From a bacterium (GTDB lineage Bacteria; JADJOY01): a stretch of DNA of 64,000 bases. The notes beneath the pieces were generated by a model. The model searched no databases, was not told the origin of the DNA, and saw nothing but the letters and a program-made list of their open reading frames with translations. Shown here in pieces: positions 52,042-62,452 of the stretch; the first letter of the stretch is position 1, and every line of letters begins with the position of its first letter. The position numbers and the translations under genes were made by a program. Location: the NCBI GenBank assembly GCA_046331705.1, contig JAXLQJ010000002.1, forward strand, positions 142,370-206,369, written 5' to 3'.

Positions 52042-52563
52042 TCAGCGCAGTCGCGAACGCTTGCGCATCACGCCCGCGTGACAGCCGACCACGGCGAGCG
52101 GCACCCGCGCCAAGAGCTCGACCACGTTGAGCCAGTCGGGAATCGGCGAGGCCGGCGCATCCTCCGCCCCCAGCGACAGCAACGTCGTCACGGCGGTGAA
52201 CCCGATGGCGACCGCGAGGCCGTGCCAGCCCGCCCTGCCGCCCGCGATCCAACCGGCCGCGAACCCGCCGCCCACGTGAGCGAGAAAGAGCCCGGCGAAG
52301 AGCATCACGAGAACCGGGGGCCGCGCGAACGCCTCGACGAACGCCACCGTGGGATCGGCGCCGAGCGCCGCCGGTTCCACCACGGTGAGCGCCACGATCA
52401 GCACCACCAGGAAGAACACGCCGATGTCGAGCGCCAGCCCCACCACCACGGCGACCAGCCGGAATCCAACCGCAGCGTCCGCGCCGCTGTCGCTGGGGTG
52501 CGGCGCCGCCGTGAGCGCGTGGGGGTGCGCGGCGTACGGATTCTCGTCGCCCGGCTCGGTCAC
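52042..52563 (-). CDS. Four-TM membrane protein (NPY-motif paralog 2)
   Basis: NPYA, FRLVAVVVG..D, GGFAAGWIA...HG; GTGA overlap. Confidence 0.75.
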   Translation of the reverse strand: MTEPGDENPYAAHPHALTAAPHPSDSGADAAVGFRLVAVVVGLALDIGVFFLVVLIVALTVVEPAALGADPTVAFVEAFARPPVLVMLFAGLFLAHVGGGFAAGWIAGGRAGWHGLAVAIGFTAVTTLLSLGAEDAPASPIPDWLNVVELLARVPLAVVGCHAGVMRKRSRLR

Positions 52564-53120
52564 CGCCCGCCTCGCTCGCGCCGCGAGCGGCGCTGCCGCG
52601 CGAGCCAGGCCCCGCCCACGGTGGCGGCGGAGACCGCCGGGATGGTGAGCCCGTAGTACCAGCTCGGCAGACCGGGGCCGTTCGACGTCCACACCTGCAA
52701 CACGAAGATCGCGAAGCCCAGCACGAGCTGCACGACACCGTGCTCGAGCTCCGCACCCTTCGCCAGCATCCCGCAGACGAAGCCACCGACCACGCTGCTC
52801 GCCGATCCGAGCAGCGACAGCACCAACAAGCTCGCGCGTTCGCTGGGCGGCGACAGGAGGCCGCTGGCGACGCGCTCGGCGACGTACATCCACCAGATCC
52901 GATCGAGGGCCTCGGTCAAGAGGTAGTCGGAACCGTAGCCGACCATCACCGCGAGCCAGCGAAAGCGGCCCGCGGCGGGGACCTCGGCCTCTGCACCGAG
53001 CCGATCGAGCGCCGGGTCGCGAGCCGCGGGCGCGGCGCTCCCCGCGGCCGTCTCGTCCGCGAACGACTGATACGGATTCGCCCGTTCGTCGTCCGGCGCG
53101 TGGCCGGGAACGGTGGTCAT
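52560..53120 (-). CDS. Four-TM membrane protein (NPY-motif paralog 1)
   Basis: NPYQ, FRWLAVMVG..D, GGFVCGMLA...HG; ATGA overlap. Confidence 0.75.
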   Translation of the reverse strand: MTTVPGHAPDDERANPYQSFADETAAGSAAPAARDPALDRLGAEAEVPAAGRFRWLAVMVGYGSDYLLTEALDRIWWMYVAERVASGLLSPPSERASLLVLSLLGSASSVVGGFVCGMLAKGAELEHGVVQLVLGFAIFVLQVWTSNGPGLPSWYYGLTIPAVSAATVGGAWLARQRRSRRERGGR

Positions 53121-53713
53121 GGGGACGCGATGCCCACGACGTCGCCCAGGCGAACGGTGCCGCCGTGAACGACGCGACACGTGACTCCTGCGCGCCAGTC
53201 GGGAGTGAGCGCGCTCGTGAGCCCGGGAACCTGCGCGTCCATCCGCGAGCACGGCGTGGTCTCGCCGGTGATCTCGAGCACCACCTCGCCGATGACGAGC
53301 CGCGCCCCCACGCGCCGCGCCACGGCGATCCCCTCGATCCAGAGGTTCGCGCGGCGCGTTCCCCAGCCGACCTCGCGTCCCAGCTCGCGGCACGCCGCGT
53401 CCCACCCTTCGCGGGTCAGCACCGTCACCTGGCGGCGTCCGGGGCGACCATTCGCGTTCCCCACCAGGCCGCTCTCGGTGGTGATCTCGGCGCGATCGAG
53501 CATCTCCATCGGCCCCCGATGACGCGGCTTGCGGGCGATGCCGATCACCCGCCCGGTGGCGATCGCCGCCTGCGCGCTCGCCTCGTTCGCGCCGCGATCG
53601 GCGGTGGCCAGCGCCAGCGAATCCCTCACCAGGGCGCCAACGGCGCGCTTCGCGTCGCGCGCGAACGCCAACGGACGGGGCGCTTGGCGGCGGGTGTCCT
53701 CGGGATCGCGCAT
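53117..53713 (-). CDS. MOSC domain protein
   Basis: RQVTVL, RRANL, PCSRM, G.VRLGD; start uncertain. Confidence 0.85.
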   Translation of the reverse strand: MRDPEDTRRQAPRPLAFARDAKRAVGALVRDSLALATADRGANEASAQAAIATGRVIGIARKPRHRGPMEMLDRAEITTESGLVGNANGRPGRRQVTVLTREGWDAACRELGREVGWGTRRANLWIEGIAVARRVGARLVIGEVVLEITGETTPCSRMDAQVPGLTSALTPDWRAGVTCRVVHGGTVRLGDVVGIASP

Positions 53714-53800
53714 GACGGTCGCTCGGCGCGTTCGAAGGTAACACTCGCCGGCGCGGGATGCGCCGGCGCCCGTCACGCGAGGCGCGCGGGTGAGCCCGCC

Positions 53801-56377
53801 TCAGACGCCGATGCGAACCAGCGTGATCAACGGCCGATCCAGCGCCACGTCGCCCGTGAGATCGATCTCGCCGTGGATGGCCCAGAGGTTGTCGTCCGCC
53901 GGGTCGAGAAGCGTCTGCTGGATCGACCACGACTGCGGCCCGGTGCGCGCGAGCGCGGTGAACTCCGAGAGCCGGGCACGGTGATCGAAGACGATCTTCG
54001 CGTGCTCCGCGAAGAACGGCGCGAGGGCGTCCTCGAAGCGCTTCTCGTCCCAGAGGTCCTCGCCGTCACGCGGCGGGCGCACGCAACGCGCAGCCTCGGC
54101 CCAATCGCGCGCGGAGAGCGCGGCCACCAGCCGGAAGATCTCCACCCGCAGCCGGGCCGCGAGCGCCTTGCCGGCGGGCAGCGCTGGCGCCGCAGTCGCC
54201 GCATCGGGCTCGGCGACGGCCGCCGGCGCCGACTCGGGCTCGAGGAGGTTCTGCCACTCGGCGAGCAGGCTCGAATCCACCCGCGCCAGCATGATCCGGA
54301 AGAACGCCGTCGCCTCGTGGACGGCATCGGTCTTCCGTTCCATGGGCACGGTCTGGGTGAGCGTGTTGTGGACCTGGTTGAGGTAGCGCAGCAACAGTCC
54401 CTCGCTGCGGGCGAGCTCCAGGTTGCGGACGTAATCGTCGAAGCCGGTGAACGTCTCGAACATCTCGCGGGCGATCGATTTGGGGCGAATGTTCTCCTGA
54501 CGAACCCACGGATGCTTCTCGGAGAACGCGTTGAAGGTCGCGTAGACCAGGTCCTCGTTGGGCTTCGGATAGCTCACGTCCTCGAGCTCGCGCATCCGGT
54601 CCTCGTAGGGGACTCCCTCGGCCTTGAGCCGCGCCACCAGCTCGCCCTTGGCGCGATCGATCTGCCGCTCCAGCACCGGTCGCGGGTTCTCCAGGATCGA
54701 TTCCACGAAGGTGAGCACGTCGACGGCGTAGGTCGGCGACGCGGGATCGAGAACGGCGATGACCTCGGCGAGGTAGAGCGAGAGCGTCGAATGCAGCGAG
54801 AAGTCGGGCTGCAGCCGCTCGCTGATGCGCACCGCTCGCCCGCGGCCAGAGCTCCGCGGCTCGAGCTCGACAATCGAGGCGCGGCGAAGCGAGCGGAACA
54901 CCACGGCCGCGTCGCGCCGGAGGCGCTGTTTCACGCGCTCGCTCTCGTGGCAGCGCGACACCAGCGCGAGCACGGCGCCGTAGCCGCCAGGCAAGTCGGG
55001 GTCGCCCGGGTCGCGCTGGAGCACGCTCAGCATCATCCCGTGGGTGACGGAGAACCGGGATTGGAGCGGCTCGGGCGCGCTGGTGCGCAGCTTCGTGAGC
55101 GTCTCCCCGTTCCACGGCACGAAGCCGCGGGTGGGCGGCTTCTTCTTGACGATCTTCTTGCCCGCCGCCGCCTTGAGCTCGAGGCGCCGATTCTCGACCA
55201 CGTGCTCGGGCGCGAGCGCCACCACCCAGCCGCGCTCGTCGAAGCCCTTGCGACCCGCGCGTCCCGCGATCTGCTTGAAGTCGCGGACGCTCAAGAGCGC
55301 CGTCTTCTGTCCGTCGAACTTGCAGAGCTGCGAGAAGAGCACCGTGCGGATCGGGATGTTCACGCCCACGCCGAGCGTGTCGGTACCCGAGATCACGCGC
55401 AGCAAGCCGCGCTGCGCGAGCTGCTCGACCAGCAGCCGGTACTTGGGCAGGAGCCCGGCGTGGTGGATGCCGATGCCGTTCGAGACGAAGCGCCGCACGT
55501 CGCCGCCGTACGGAGAATCGAAGCGAAAGCCCGCGAGCGCCTCACCGATGGCCCGCTTCTGTTCCTTGCCGCACACCTTGGCGCTGGTGAGCGCCTGCGC
55601 CCGCTCGGCGGTCTCCCGCTGCGTGAAGCTCACCACGTAGACCGGCGCACGATCGGCTTCCAGCAACGATTCGACGGTCTCGTGGAGCAGCTCCTCGCGA
55701 TACTCGAAATCGAGCGGCACGGGACGCTGCTCGGAGACCACCCGCGCGACGTCGCGGCCGGTGAGACGCGTCAGGCTCTGCTCGATGGCGGTGGTGTCGC
55801 CGAGCGTCGCCGACATGAGCAGGAACGTGGTGCGCGGCAGCGTGAGCAGCGGAACCTGCCACGCGACACCACGATCGCGGTCGGCGTAGTAGTGGAACTC
55901 GTCGATCACCACGTACGGGAACGCCAGGTCCGTGGCCTGCCGGAGCGACAAGTTCGAGAGCACCTCGGCGGTGCAGCAGATGATCGGCGCCTCACGGTTG
56001 ATGCTCGCGTCACCGGTCATCATGCCGACGTTGGCGGCGCCGAAATCCTCGCAGAGCGCGAAGAACTTCTCGCTGGCGAGCGCCTTGATCGGGCTGGTGT
56101 AGCAAGAGCGTTGACCTTCCGCGAGCGCCTTGAAGTGGAGCGCCTCGGCGACCAGCGATTTCCCCGAGCCGGTGGGCGTGCCGAGCACCACGTGCTTGCC
56201 CGACATGATCTCGAGGATCGCTTCCTCCTGCGCCGGGTAGAGCTCGAGCCCGCGCTTGGCGACCCAGCCCAAGAATCGGTCGAGGATCTCGTCCGAGCCC
56301 GCCGTCCCGAGCGGCGGCACCAGGTCGCCCAGGCTCGCCCGGGGCGGTCGCGACGGGGCGGTGGCGGACACGCTCAC
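53801..56377 (-). CDS. DEAD/DEAH box helicase (Ski2/HelY-like, DUF3516)
   Basis: PTGSGKS, PIKAL, DEFH, SAT, HHAG, QIAGRAGR. Confidence 0.93.
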   Translation of the reverse strand: MSVSATAPSRPPRASLGDLVPPLGTAGSDEILDRFLGWVAKRGLELYPAQEEAILEIMSGKHVVLGTPTGSGKSLVAEALHFKALAEGQRSCYTSPIKALASEKFFALCEDFGAANVGMMTGDASINREAPIICCTAEVLSNLSLRQATDLAFPYVVIDEFHYYADRDRGVAWQVPLLTLPRTTFLLMSATLGDTTAIEQSLTRLTGRDVARVVSEQRPVPLDFEYREELLHETVESLLEADRAPVYVVSFTQRETAERAQALTSAKVCGKEQKRAIGEALAGFRFDSPYGGDVRRFVSNGIGIHHAGLLPKYRLLVEQLAQRGLLRVISGTDTLGVGVNIPIRTVLFSQLCKFDGQKTALLSVRDFKQIAGRAGRKGFDERGWVVALAPEHVVENRRLELKAAAGKKIVKKKPPTRGFVPWNGETLTKLRTSAPEPLQSRFSVTHGMMLSVLQRDPGDPDLPGGYGAVLALVSRCHESERVKQRLRRDAAVVFRSLRRASIVELEPRSSGRGRAVRISERLQPDFSLHSTLSLYLAEVIAVLDPASPTYAVDVLTFVESILENPRPVLERQIDRAKGELVARLKAEGVPYEDRMRELEDVSYPKPNEDLVYATFNAFSEKHPWVRQENIRPKSIAREMFETFTGFDDYVRNLELARSEGLLLRYLNQVHNTLTQTVPMERKTDAVHEATAFFRIMLARVDSSLLAEWQNLLEPESAPAAVAEPDAATAAPALPAGKALAARLRVEIFRLVAALSARDWAEAARCVRPPRDGEDLWDEKRFEDALAPFFAEHAKIVFDHRARLSEFTALARTGPQSWSIQQTLLDPADDNLWAIHGEIDLTGDVALDRPLITLVRIGV

Positions 56378-57705
56378 GCGTCCGTCCCGGCGAGGCGGTC
56401 GGGCGGGGGCCGCGGCGTGGGCGCGGGGCGGGTCACGCGCACCATCCTCACCACCTTGCTGTTCGACTCGAGCACCTCGATCTCGTAGCCGTTGGCGGTG
56501 CGCACGCACGCGCCCGGCTCCGGGATGCGGCCGGCGAGCGAGATGGTGAGCCCGGCGATGGTGGTCCAGTCGTCGCTCTCGGGTAGCTCCAGGTCGAGAT
56601 CGCGATTCAGCTCGCGCACCGACGCGTCGCCGCGCAGCACGAGCTTGCCCTCCTCGACGCGCTCGACGAGCGAGGTCGAGGGCTCGTCCTCGCTGAACAT
56701 CTCGCCCACCAGCTCCTCGACCAGATCCTCGAACGTGACCAAGCCGGAGAGGCCGCCGTGCTCGTCGACCACCATCGCCAGCGGGATCCGGCGGCTCTGC
56801 AGATCCTGCAGCACCCGCACCACCGGCGTGGCCTCGGCGACGAAGAACGGCGGACGGATCAGGTCCTCGAGGACGATCAGGTCGCCTTCCCACGCCACGT
56901 AGAGCAGATCCTTGGTGGTGATGTACCCGATCACGTTGTCGACGTCGTTCTCGTAGATCGGCAGGCGCGAATGATGGGTCTCGAGCAGCGCGCGCCGGAT
57001 CTCGTCCTGCGACGCCTCACGCGGCAGCGCGTGGATGCGGTTGCGCGGCACCATCACGTCGATGGCCGTGAGATCGCCGAAATGAAGCGCTTGCGCCGCG
57101 ATCTCGCCGGCCCGCTGGTCCACCGAGCCGACGGTGGTGGCCTCGACCACCAGCTGCTCGAGCTCGTCGCGCGAGAGCCGCGCTTCCGTGAAGCTGGTGG
57201 TGTCGCCGAACGGCTTGAGCACCAGGTCCGAGCTCGCGGTGAGGAAACGCACCAGTGGGCGCGCGAGCCACGAGATCGCTCGCATCGGCCTGCCGATGAG
57301 CAGCGCGTAGCGCTCGCCGGCGCGCAGGGCCAAGCTCTTCGGCACCAGCTCGCCCAGCACCAGCGACAGGTACGAGATCCCCGCCACCACGATCGCGAAG
57401 CCCAGCGGCTCCGCGTGCGGCGCGAGCCGCGGGAACCGTGCGAGCCACGCGGCGACGTGGTTCTCGATCGATGCGCCGCCGAGCGTGGCCGCCGCCGCAC
57501 CGACCACCGTGATGCCGATCTGGACCGTGGCCAGGAACCGCTCCGGCTGCTCGCGCAGGCGCAGCACCGAGCGCGCCGCGTGGTGGCCGCCCTCGACGAG
57601 CTGCTTGAGGCGGGTCTTGCGGACCGACAGCACGGCGATCTCCGCCCCCGCGAAGACCGCGTTCGCGAGGATCAACGTCAGGACGATGAGCAACTCGACG
57701 ATCAT
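56374..57705 (-). CDS. Hemolysin/CNNM family protein (DUF21-CBS-CorC)
   Basis: E.A, GELVPK, HSRLP, VDEHG, TIAG. Confidence 0.93.
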   Translation of the reverse strand: MIVELLIVLTLILANAVFAGAEIAVLSVRKTRLKQLVEGGHHAARSVLRLREQPERFLATVQIGITVVGAAAATLGGASIENHVAAWLARFPRLAPHAEPLGFAIVVAGISYLSLVLGELVPKSLALRAGERYALLIGRPMRAISWLARPLVRFLTASSDLVLKPFGDTTSFTEARLSRDELEQLVVEATTVGSVDQRAGEIAAQALHFGDLTAIDVMVPRNRIHALPREASQDEIRRALLETHHSRLPIYENDVDNVIGYITTKDLLYVAWEGDLIVLEDLIRPPFFVAEATPVVRVLQDLQSRRIPLAMVVDEHGGLSGLVTFEDLVEELVGEMFSEDEPSTSLVERVEEGKLVLRGDASVRELNRDLDLELPESDDWTTIAGLTISLAGRIPEPGACVRTANGYEIEVLESNSKVVRMVRVTRPAPTPRPPPDRLAGTDA

Positions 57706-57921
57706 TCGCGAACCTCGTCAACGCCGGGCGCGACCGAGGCGCGCCGAGCGATCGATCGGGCTACCGTAATCCGCCTTCCCGCGGAAAGCCCGTAGCGCCC
57801 TCGGGCGTTCGCGCTCGCGGCGAGGACGCACGCGAGCCGAGCGCGGGCGAGAACGCGTCGTTTCCTTGCTCAGCTTCGCGAGCGAGAAGTACCCTCAGCG
57901 ACGATCGCCGTCCCCTTCGCC

Positions 57922-59466
57922 ATGCGCATCCAGCTCGTCCACCCGCCGGTCTACGTCAACGTGCGCGCGCTGACCGCGCTGCGGCCGGGCTTGCCGCTCG
58001 GGCTCGCGTACGTCGCGGCGACGCTCGAGCGCGCCGGACACGTGGTCTCGGTGCTGGACGCGGTGGGCTCGGCGCCCGATCGTGTCACCGCCGACGGCGC
58101 GATGCACCGACTCGGGCTCACGCCCGAGGAGATCGTGGCTCGGATCGATCCCGGCGCCGACGCCATCGGGATCACCAACATGTGGTCGTTCTCGTGGCCG
58201 CTGGTGCGCGAGATCATCCGTCGCATCCACGACGCCCATCCCACGAAGCCGATCGTCGCCGGCGGCGAGCACTTCACCGGGCTCACTCGCGAGTCGATGC
58301 TCGAAGCACCCATCGACTACATCGTGCGCGGCGAGGGCGAGGAAACCGCCCTCGAGCTCTTCGGTGCGCTGGCGGGCGGGCCGTTCGATCCATCCGCCAT
58401 CGCGGGCTTGGCATGGCGTGGCCGGGACGGCATCGCGATCAACGAGCCCCGCGAGCGCACCCGCGACGTCGACCAGATTCCGTGGCCCGCGTGGCACCTC
58501 TTCGACGTGCGCGGCTACTACGCGCACTCGCTCATCACCGGCATCGACGCCGGCCTCACGATCCCGATCCTCGCCACACGCGGTTGTCCGTACTCGTGTA
58601 CGTATTGCTCGTCGCCGCGCATGTGGACCACACGCTGGGTGCCGCGCGATCCGGTCGACGTGGCGAGCGAGATCGAGCGCTACGTCCGCGACTACGGCGC
58701 GCGGAACTTCCCGTTCCAGGACCTCACCGCCATCGTCCGCAAGGACTGGATCGTGCGCTTCTGCCGTGAGCTGCTCGCCCGCGGGCTGGACGTGACCTGG
58801 CAGTTCCCGTCGGGGACGCGCTGCGAGGTGATCGACGACGAGGTCGCGGAGCTGCTGCGCCGAAGCGGCGGGCGCTCGCTCGCGTTCGCGCCGGAGTCCG
58901 GCTCCGCCGTCACGCGGCAGAAGATCAAGAAGCGGATGAGCGAGGACGGCCTGCTCGACGCCGTGCGCGCCTCGGTTCGTCACGGGCTCAACCTGACCGT
59001 GTTCGTGGTGATCGGCTTTCCCCACGACACCGCGGAGGATCTGGCCGAGACGCGGCGCCTGGCCAAGCTCCTCGCGAAGCTGGGCGTCGACGACCTCGCG
59101 ATCGGCTTCTTCTTCCCGATCCCCTCGACCGAGCTCTTCGACGAGTTGGTGGGCTCGGGCCGCATCCGGCTCTGCGACGAGTTCCTGAAGACCCCGCTCT
59201 TCGCCAACGAGAAGGCGCTCGACGCCGCCCACAACTATTGCGAGCACCTCACGGCGAGCGAGCTCACGCGCTGGAAATACCGCATCCACCTGACGTTCTA
59301 CGCGTGGTCCGCCGTCCATCACCCCGGGAAGCTCGTGCGGCTCGCATGGAATCTGGCGCGCGGCCGCGAGACCCGGAAGATGGAAACCGTGCTCCGCGAG
59401 CTGGCACGCAACACGTTGCGGCGGCTCGTGTTCTGGCGCCGCGCGCCGTCGCCCGGCGCCGCGTGA
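57922..59466 (+). CDS. Cobalamin-binding radical SAM protein
   Basis: N-terminal PLGLAYVAA, GGEH, VRGEGE; TRGCPYSCTYC; PESG. Confidence 0.93.
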   Translation: MRIQLVHPPVYVNVRALTALRPGLPLGLAYVAATLERAGHVVSVLDAVGSAPDRVTADGAMHRLGLTPEEIVARIDPGADAIGITNMWSFSWPLVREIIRRIHDAHPTKPIVAGGEHFTGLTRESMLEAPIDYIVRGEGEETALELFGALAGGPFDPSAIAGLAWRGRDGIAINEPRERTRDVDQIPWPAWHLFDVRGYYAHSLITGIDAGLTIPILATRGCPYSCTYCSSPRMWTTRWVPRDPVDVASEIERYVRDYGARNFPFQDLTAIVRKDWIVRFCRELLARGLDVTWQFPSGTRCEVIDDEVAELLRRSGGRSLAFAPESGSAVTRQKIKKRMSEDGLLDAVRASVRHGLNLTVFVVIGFPHDTAEDLAETRRLAKLLAKLGVDDLAIGFFFPIPSTELFDELVGSGRIRLCDEFLKTPLFANEKALDAAHNYCEHLTASELTRWKYRIHLTFYAWSAVHHPGKLVRLAWNLARGRETRKMETVLRELARNTLRRLVFWRRAPSPGAA

Positions 59467-59488
59467 GCTCGGGCGTGCCGCGCTTGCC

Positions 59489-59818
59489 ATGACCGCGGGC
59501 CTCGCCGTTCGCCGCTTCCTGGGCGCGGCGCTCGATCTGGCGACGGTGACCGCGGCGTTCGTGTCCGGCTACGCCTTCGGAGCACGCTTCGGCGTGCCGC
59601 CGGGCGTCGCCGCGGGAGCGATCGTGGTGCCGCTCGTCGCACGCATGGCGCTCGCCCTCGCGTCACCCGCCGCGGGGCCAACGCGCGGGCGGCCCGGCGG
59701 CGCGGTGCGCGACATCCTCGCCAGGCGGCTGCTCGCGGGGGCGCTCGCGTGCGCCTTCGGGCATTGGCTCGGTCGGATCAACGGCCGCGATCCGATGCCC
59801 TTCATGTACGGCAACTGA
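59489..59818 (+). CDS. Small membrane protein
   Basis: Three hydrophobic segments; directly follows the radical SAM gene. Confidence 0.55.
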   Translation: MTAGLAVRRFLGAALDLATVTAAFVSGYAFGARFGVPPGVAAGAIVVPLVARMALALASPAAGPTRGRPGGAVRDILARRLLAGALACAFGHWLGRINGRDPMPFMYGN

Positions 59819-59847
59819 GCCGTTGCCGGCGGGATCGGCGGGCCGCC

Positions 59848-60969
59848 TCAGGGCGGCGTGGCGTCAGGCACCAGCGTCGCCACGCGCTCCGCGATGTTGC
59901 GCGCTTGGATCCGCTTGACGGCCGGTAGCGCGTGGACGTAGTCGCAGAAGCACTCGCGCGCCGTTCGGCGATCCATCGCCGGTTCCTCGAAGGCGGTCGC
60001 ATTGTCGACCAACGGGATGTCGAGCGCGCGCGCACGCTGCTCGAAGGTCCCGTTCACCGCGACGTGCAAGTCGTAGAGCGCCGCGCGTGTCTGCTCCTGC
60101 GCGTCCCGGAGGTAGGCGGGGATCACCGTGACCGGCAGCTCGGGTCGCATCGGCAGGACTCCCAGGACCAACGTGAAGCCGTATTCCCGGGACGCCGCGT
60201 CCAGGTCGTCGATCGCCGCCTCGATCGAGCGAAACCGCACGCGGTCTCGATAGCGGCTCGGATGGTCGGCGCCGAACTCCGCGCGCATCCGGCGCGCGGC
60301 ACGCTCGGCGTCGATCGCTTCCGCCCACTTGGTGAGCCGCAGCAGCCCCGACACCAGCGGGTCGTGGAGCCACCAGCCGCGCGGCGGTCGCGCCTCCAGC
60401 TCGCGCAGCCGCTCGAGCGGGTACACGACGTCGTGTCCCTGGTTGATGGAGTTGATCGGCTCCTGGACGTAGACCACCTGCGAAGGATGCGTCTCGGCCA
60501 GGTAGCGCACCGCCCACCGGGTCTCGAACACCGAGCGCCCCACGACGGACGCGTTGCGCACCTCGAAGCGACGGTGGCGATAACGCGCGCCGAGCTCGTC
60601 CTCGAGCGCCACCCGCAGCTCGTCGCGATCCTCGCCATCGCAATAGGGGAAGCTGGTGGAACCGCCGAAGATCGTGAGCACCGTGGCCTCGGCGCGGGCG
60701 GCGAAATCCGGCCCGAGATAGCCCTGGGCGTTGAGCGGATGGCCGCTCGGCGCACGACCGCGGACCCGCGCCACCAGCCGCTCGACGGCGCTCGAGCCTG
60801 CGATAGCATTCTTGCGGAAGCAGTGGGTGATCTCGCGCGGCTCGCAATCGGCCGTCATCGGGAAGCGTCGCGTGGCCTCGAAGACCGCACCGCCCAGCAC
60901 GCTCACGAGCTCGAGCGCGAGCCATGCGCCCAGGAATCGGACCACACCCGATCGCGATCGCGCGCTCAC
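59848..60969 (-). CDS. SGNH/GDSL hydrolase-like membrane-anchored protein
   Basis: LNAQGY, IFGGST, NASVVG, PIN, FCDYVH. Confidence 0.75.
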   Translation of the reverse strand: MSARSRSGVVRFLGAWLALELVSVLGGAVFEATRRFPMTADCEPREITHCFRKNAIAGSSAVERLVARVRGRAPSGHPLNAQGYLGPDFAARAEATVLTIFGGSTSFPYCDGEDRDELRVALEDELGARYRHRRFEVRNASVVGRSVFETRWAVRYLAETHPSQVVYVQEPINSINQGHDVVYPLERLRELEARPPRGWWLHDPLVSGLLRLTKWAEAIDAERAARRMRAEFGADHPSRYRDRVRFRSIEAAIDDLDAASREYGFTLVLGVLPMRPELPVTVIPAYLRDAQEQTRAALYDLHVAVNGTFEQRARALDIPLVDNATAFEEPAMDRRTARECFCDYVHALPAVKRIQARNIAERVATLVPDATPP

Positions 60970-61004
60970 CTCAGCACCGCTCGCCGCGTCCGCCGGAGCC
61001 GGTC

Positions 61005-62429
61005 GTGGCGCCTGACGCCGCGCCGTCGACGCTCCCCAGCCGCCGACAATGGCTGCGGCGCGGGCTCGGGATGGCGATCGGCACCGGCTTGCTCGAGGCG
61101 CTCAACCGCTTGGTCTTCCGCATCCGAGGAGCGCCGCGCAGCCGGATGCTCGCCGACTGCCCGAAGCCGTACGTTCGATCGTGCATGGTGCCCCACGATC
61201 GCGGGCTCACCAACGCGCTCGGGTACTGGGAGCGCGAATACGTGCGCGAGCCGGGTAGCCGCACGGTCGTGGTGGTCGGCGCGTCGGCCACGCTGCTCCC
61301 CCGGGATCCGGAAGGCGCCCGCAACGATTTTCCGTACCTCGCCGATCTCATCCTCGACCCCAGGGCCGATCCGACGGCGCTCGCCGAACGGTGCGATCCA
61401 CGGGCGTTGCCCGAGCGCTTGCGGGTCGGCGGCGGGCCGCCCATCCGACTCTACAATTTCTCGGTCAACGGCTGGTCGCTCCACGAGATCGCCGCGATGG
61501 TCGAGAACGAGCTGGCCGCGCTCGCGCCCGACGTGCTCGTGGTCTCGGAGCCCACCAACACGGTCACCGAGAGGAGCTACCGCAACCCCCAGGGTCTCGA
61601 GCGCTACGTTTCGTGGCTGCCGGGCTACGAGCTGCTCACCTTCGTCGGAGTGGTTCCGTCGGGGATGCTGCGCGCCCTCGAGCTCCGGCGCACACCGCTC
61701 GATCGGCGCGAATACACGGGCGAGCGCGCCCCGGACGAGGAGTTCGAGGCCGAACGCCGGCTGCTGGAGGCGATCCTCGGCGCGGCGGAGCGAGCGGGTG
61801 CCTTGCTGGTGCTCGGCAACCACCCCGACGCGCTGCGCCCGCCGCCACCCGGCGGCACCGAGATCGGTCATGCGATCGCGGAGCGTTTCGTGGTTCTCGG
61901 CGACCGGCCCTGGGCGAGCTACTGGCGTCTCAAGCGCGGCTTCACCCACATGACGGCGGGCTTCGTGCGCGATGCCGCGGCGCACGGGCGCCGCGTCGCG
62001 CTCGTCGACTGGGAGCAGAAGCTCGACGGTTACGCCTTCTTCGACGACATGCACACCTACGCGGACGAGACCGGTGCCTTGCGGCTGATCCTGGGCCGTC
62101 CGCCAGCGACGTTCGCAGTGGATGCGAGCGGCTGCCTCACACGCGACGGCCTGCGCTTGCGGCGAATCGCCGGGCACGGGTCGAATCCGCTCACGGGGCG
62201 AAGCTACGTGCCCGACCGGGTGGAAACGGAGGCCGGCGACCTCGTCGCGAGCATCGAGTTCGAGGACGTGGAGACGGGACTGCCGCTACTCGCCAGCGAG
62301 CGCAACGGCACCAAGCAACGGCTCTTCCACGACCCGTACCACCCGAACGAGACCGGTGCGTTGATCCTGGCCATCCTCACCGCGCAAGCGCTGCGGGACC
62401 TCGAGGCCCACGGGAAGATCCCAGGCTGA
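61005..62429 (+). CDS. SGNH/GDSL hydrolase-like protein with twin-Arg-like N-terminus
   Basis: SRRQWL, TNALGY, VVGAS, NFSVNG, PTN, FFDDMH and FHDPYHPN; start estimated. Confidence 0.72.
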   Translation: MAPDAAPSTLPSRRQWLRRGLGMAIGTGLLEALNRLVFRIRGAPRSRMLADCPKPYVRSCMVPHDRGLTNALGYWEREYVREPGSRTVVVVGASATLLPRDPEGARNDFPYLADLILDPRADPTALAERCDPRALPERLRVGGGPPIRLYNFSVNGWSLHEIAAMVENELAALAPDVLVVSEPTNTVTERSYRNPQGLERYVSWLPGYELLTFVGVVPSGMLRALELRRTPLDRREYTGERAPDEEFEAERRLLEAILGAAERAGALLVLGNHPDALRPPPPGGTEIGHAIAERFVVLGDRPWASYWRLKRGFTHMTAGFVRDAAAHGRRVALVDWEQKLDGYAFFDDMHTYADETGALRLILGRPPATFAVDASGCLTRDGLRLRRIAGHGSNPLTGRSYVPDRVETEAGDLVASIEFEDVETGLPLLASERNGTKQRLFHDPYHPNETGALILAILTAQALRDLEAHGKIPG

Positions 62430-62452
62430 GCACCGCGACACTCGCGACCCGC

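Noticed and set aside
53165-56488. 1107-aa plus-strand ORF, and similar long ORFs such as 47506-50454(-) and 22859-25222(+)
   Set aside because: These are antisense shadows of clearly recognisable genes, expected in high-GC DNA, and carry no motifs.
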